From positions 372,001 to 436,000 of the forward strand of contig RDEW01000014.1 in the NCBI GenBank assembly GCA_011109175.1: a stretch of DNA of 64,000 nucleotides. The letters are read 5' to 3'. How positions within the stretch are numbered: the stretch's first letter is position 1; each line of letters begins with the position of its first letter. Positions 62,740 to 64,000 of this stretch are shown piece after piece. The notes beneath the pieces are model-generated. The model ran no database searches. It was not told where the DNA came from and worked only from the letters and a program-made list of their open reading frames with translations. This DNA is from Dicyema japonicum. Taxonomy: Eukaryota > Animalia > Dicyemida. The position numbers were made by a program, and so were the translations under genes.

Positions 62740-63925
62740 CAACATGGTTTCCTCCGCGGTAGGTCCACCGCTACATACTTGGCAACCCTATCGCAGTTCA
62801 TTGCCGACGGTTTTAACACCCATCCGCCTCACAATCGCACAATCTTGGTTTCTATTGACTTCAACAAAGCCTTTGACACTGTTTCGAGGAAAATCGTTGT
62901 TGGAAAAATATTTTCTACTAATATTCGTCCGAATATGAAATTATGGCTGGCCAACTTTTTGTCTGGAAGACGTGGAAGAGTAATCAGTGGTGATCTCAGA
63001 TCTTGATCACGATTACTACCGAACGGGGTACCCCAGGGGTCTCCACTTTCACCAATTCTATTCAACCTATTCCTACACGACCTACCTAATGATGGAGACG
63101 AAGATTCCCTTCTATTATCCTACGCAGACGATAGTCATTGTAATACGGAACCGCTCGACGCAAGTCGCATCCCTTAAAACTCAGACAAAATTGAGCACTC
63201 TCCACGATTGGATTGTGGCAATCGACTTAACGATTTCTGCAACCAAGTCTATCTGTTCCATTCACGTCGGACCGTCGTTCCAAGGATGAACCGAGTATCT
63301 TTATTGGTCCCACTCGGATTCCAGTGACAAAGTCCCCCACTGTCCTTGGAGTCAAGTACGACAGTCTTCTCAATTCAACTCCCACGCAAAGACATGATCA
63401 CCAGGGGCCTCCAGAAAGTTAACGTTTACGCGCCCTTGTTCGGAGGACCACGAGGAACATGGACTTTTCCGTTTCTACACTCTACCAACAAACAATCGCG
63501 CCTGCCATTGAGTATGCCTCCGTTGCATGGAGATTCGGCTATCGGAGTCTATGGTCCAAAGAGTCAACTCAATATACCAGAAAACAATCATTATGCTTTG
63601 CCCACGTAATGGATCAACAGTCGACCCACTACTCATGGAAGCTAAGATCCGTAGTCGTGGCTCCGAATTTTTTCGCGTCTGTGAGGAAGATGGAAACCCG
63701 CTTGGCCTAATCCTTCCATGGCAAGAGAAAACCGATTGAATAAGAAATTCCCCTCCCCGATCGGATTCCTCTGCAAGACCGAGAGAAGGCTCTTCCAAAG
63801 TAGTGGGGACAATGGAAGATCACAGACGTCGAATGGCACAATGATTGCGAGGACTGGGATCACCTAACTGTTTGACTCTTTGTCTTTTTTCTCGGTGTTC
63901 CCGGGGTTATTAAAATAAATAAATA
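62740..63925 (+). mobile_element. 5'-truncated APE-type LINE with (TAAA)n tail
   Basis: TILVSIDFNKAFDTV...NGVPQGSPLSPILFN...SYADD...P.VLGVKYD; ends CTCGGTGTTCCCGGGGTTATTAAAATAAATAAATAA. Confidence 0.92.
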
Positions 63926-64000
63926 AGCACTTTTCGAGAAATAATAACAATGTCAAGATTCCTCTTCTTCCACCTGATAGATCCGGTCAACTAACTTCTT

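Overview
Eukaryotic (animal) nuclear DNA, AT-rich. Compact host genes are interleaved with decayed and nested transposable elements. Eleven host genes can be reconstructed once very short spliceosomal introns (mostly 21-29 nt, GT-AG, at least one GC-AG) are removed by hand: PP2A catalytic subunit (5'-partial), YJU2/CCDC94, CLCC1, TACC, TOE1, a Src-family tyrosine kinase, ZNF207/BuGZ, RFC1, KATNAL2, RPL24 and an R-Smad. Smad plus Src mark it as an animal. Introns of 21-26 nt together with a retained cilia-associated KATNAL2 fit a dicyemid mesozoan best; a myxozoan or other reduced parasite is not excluded (inference). Mobile elements: APE-type Jockey/I-group LINEs, RTE LINEs, RLE-type CRE-like and R4/Dong-like LINEs, an RTE-tailed SINE-like family, two TIR-complete pogo/Tigger elements and a hAT with an 8-bp TSD. 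The strongest unexplained signals are: (1) a covarying RNA structure (long-range stem plus terminal hairpin, pseudoknot or switch) at the 3' end of at least 8 diverged LINE copies, with an apparent (A)ATGT target preference; (2) host-sized 25-26 nt introns inside pogo transposases; (3) a twin-primed, 5'-inverted CRE insertion with a 12-bp TSD; (4) miniaturised proteins (Smad lacking its DNA-binding hairpin, BuGZ lacking its disordered region, Src lacking the activation-loop Tyr); (5) a duplicated YJU2 promoter/exon 1 placed just upstream of the Src gene. Several conserved genes carry 1-2 nt deficits in homopolymer runs, most likely assembly errors. All alignments and gene models were done by eye; coordinates of degraded repeats are approximate.
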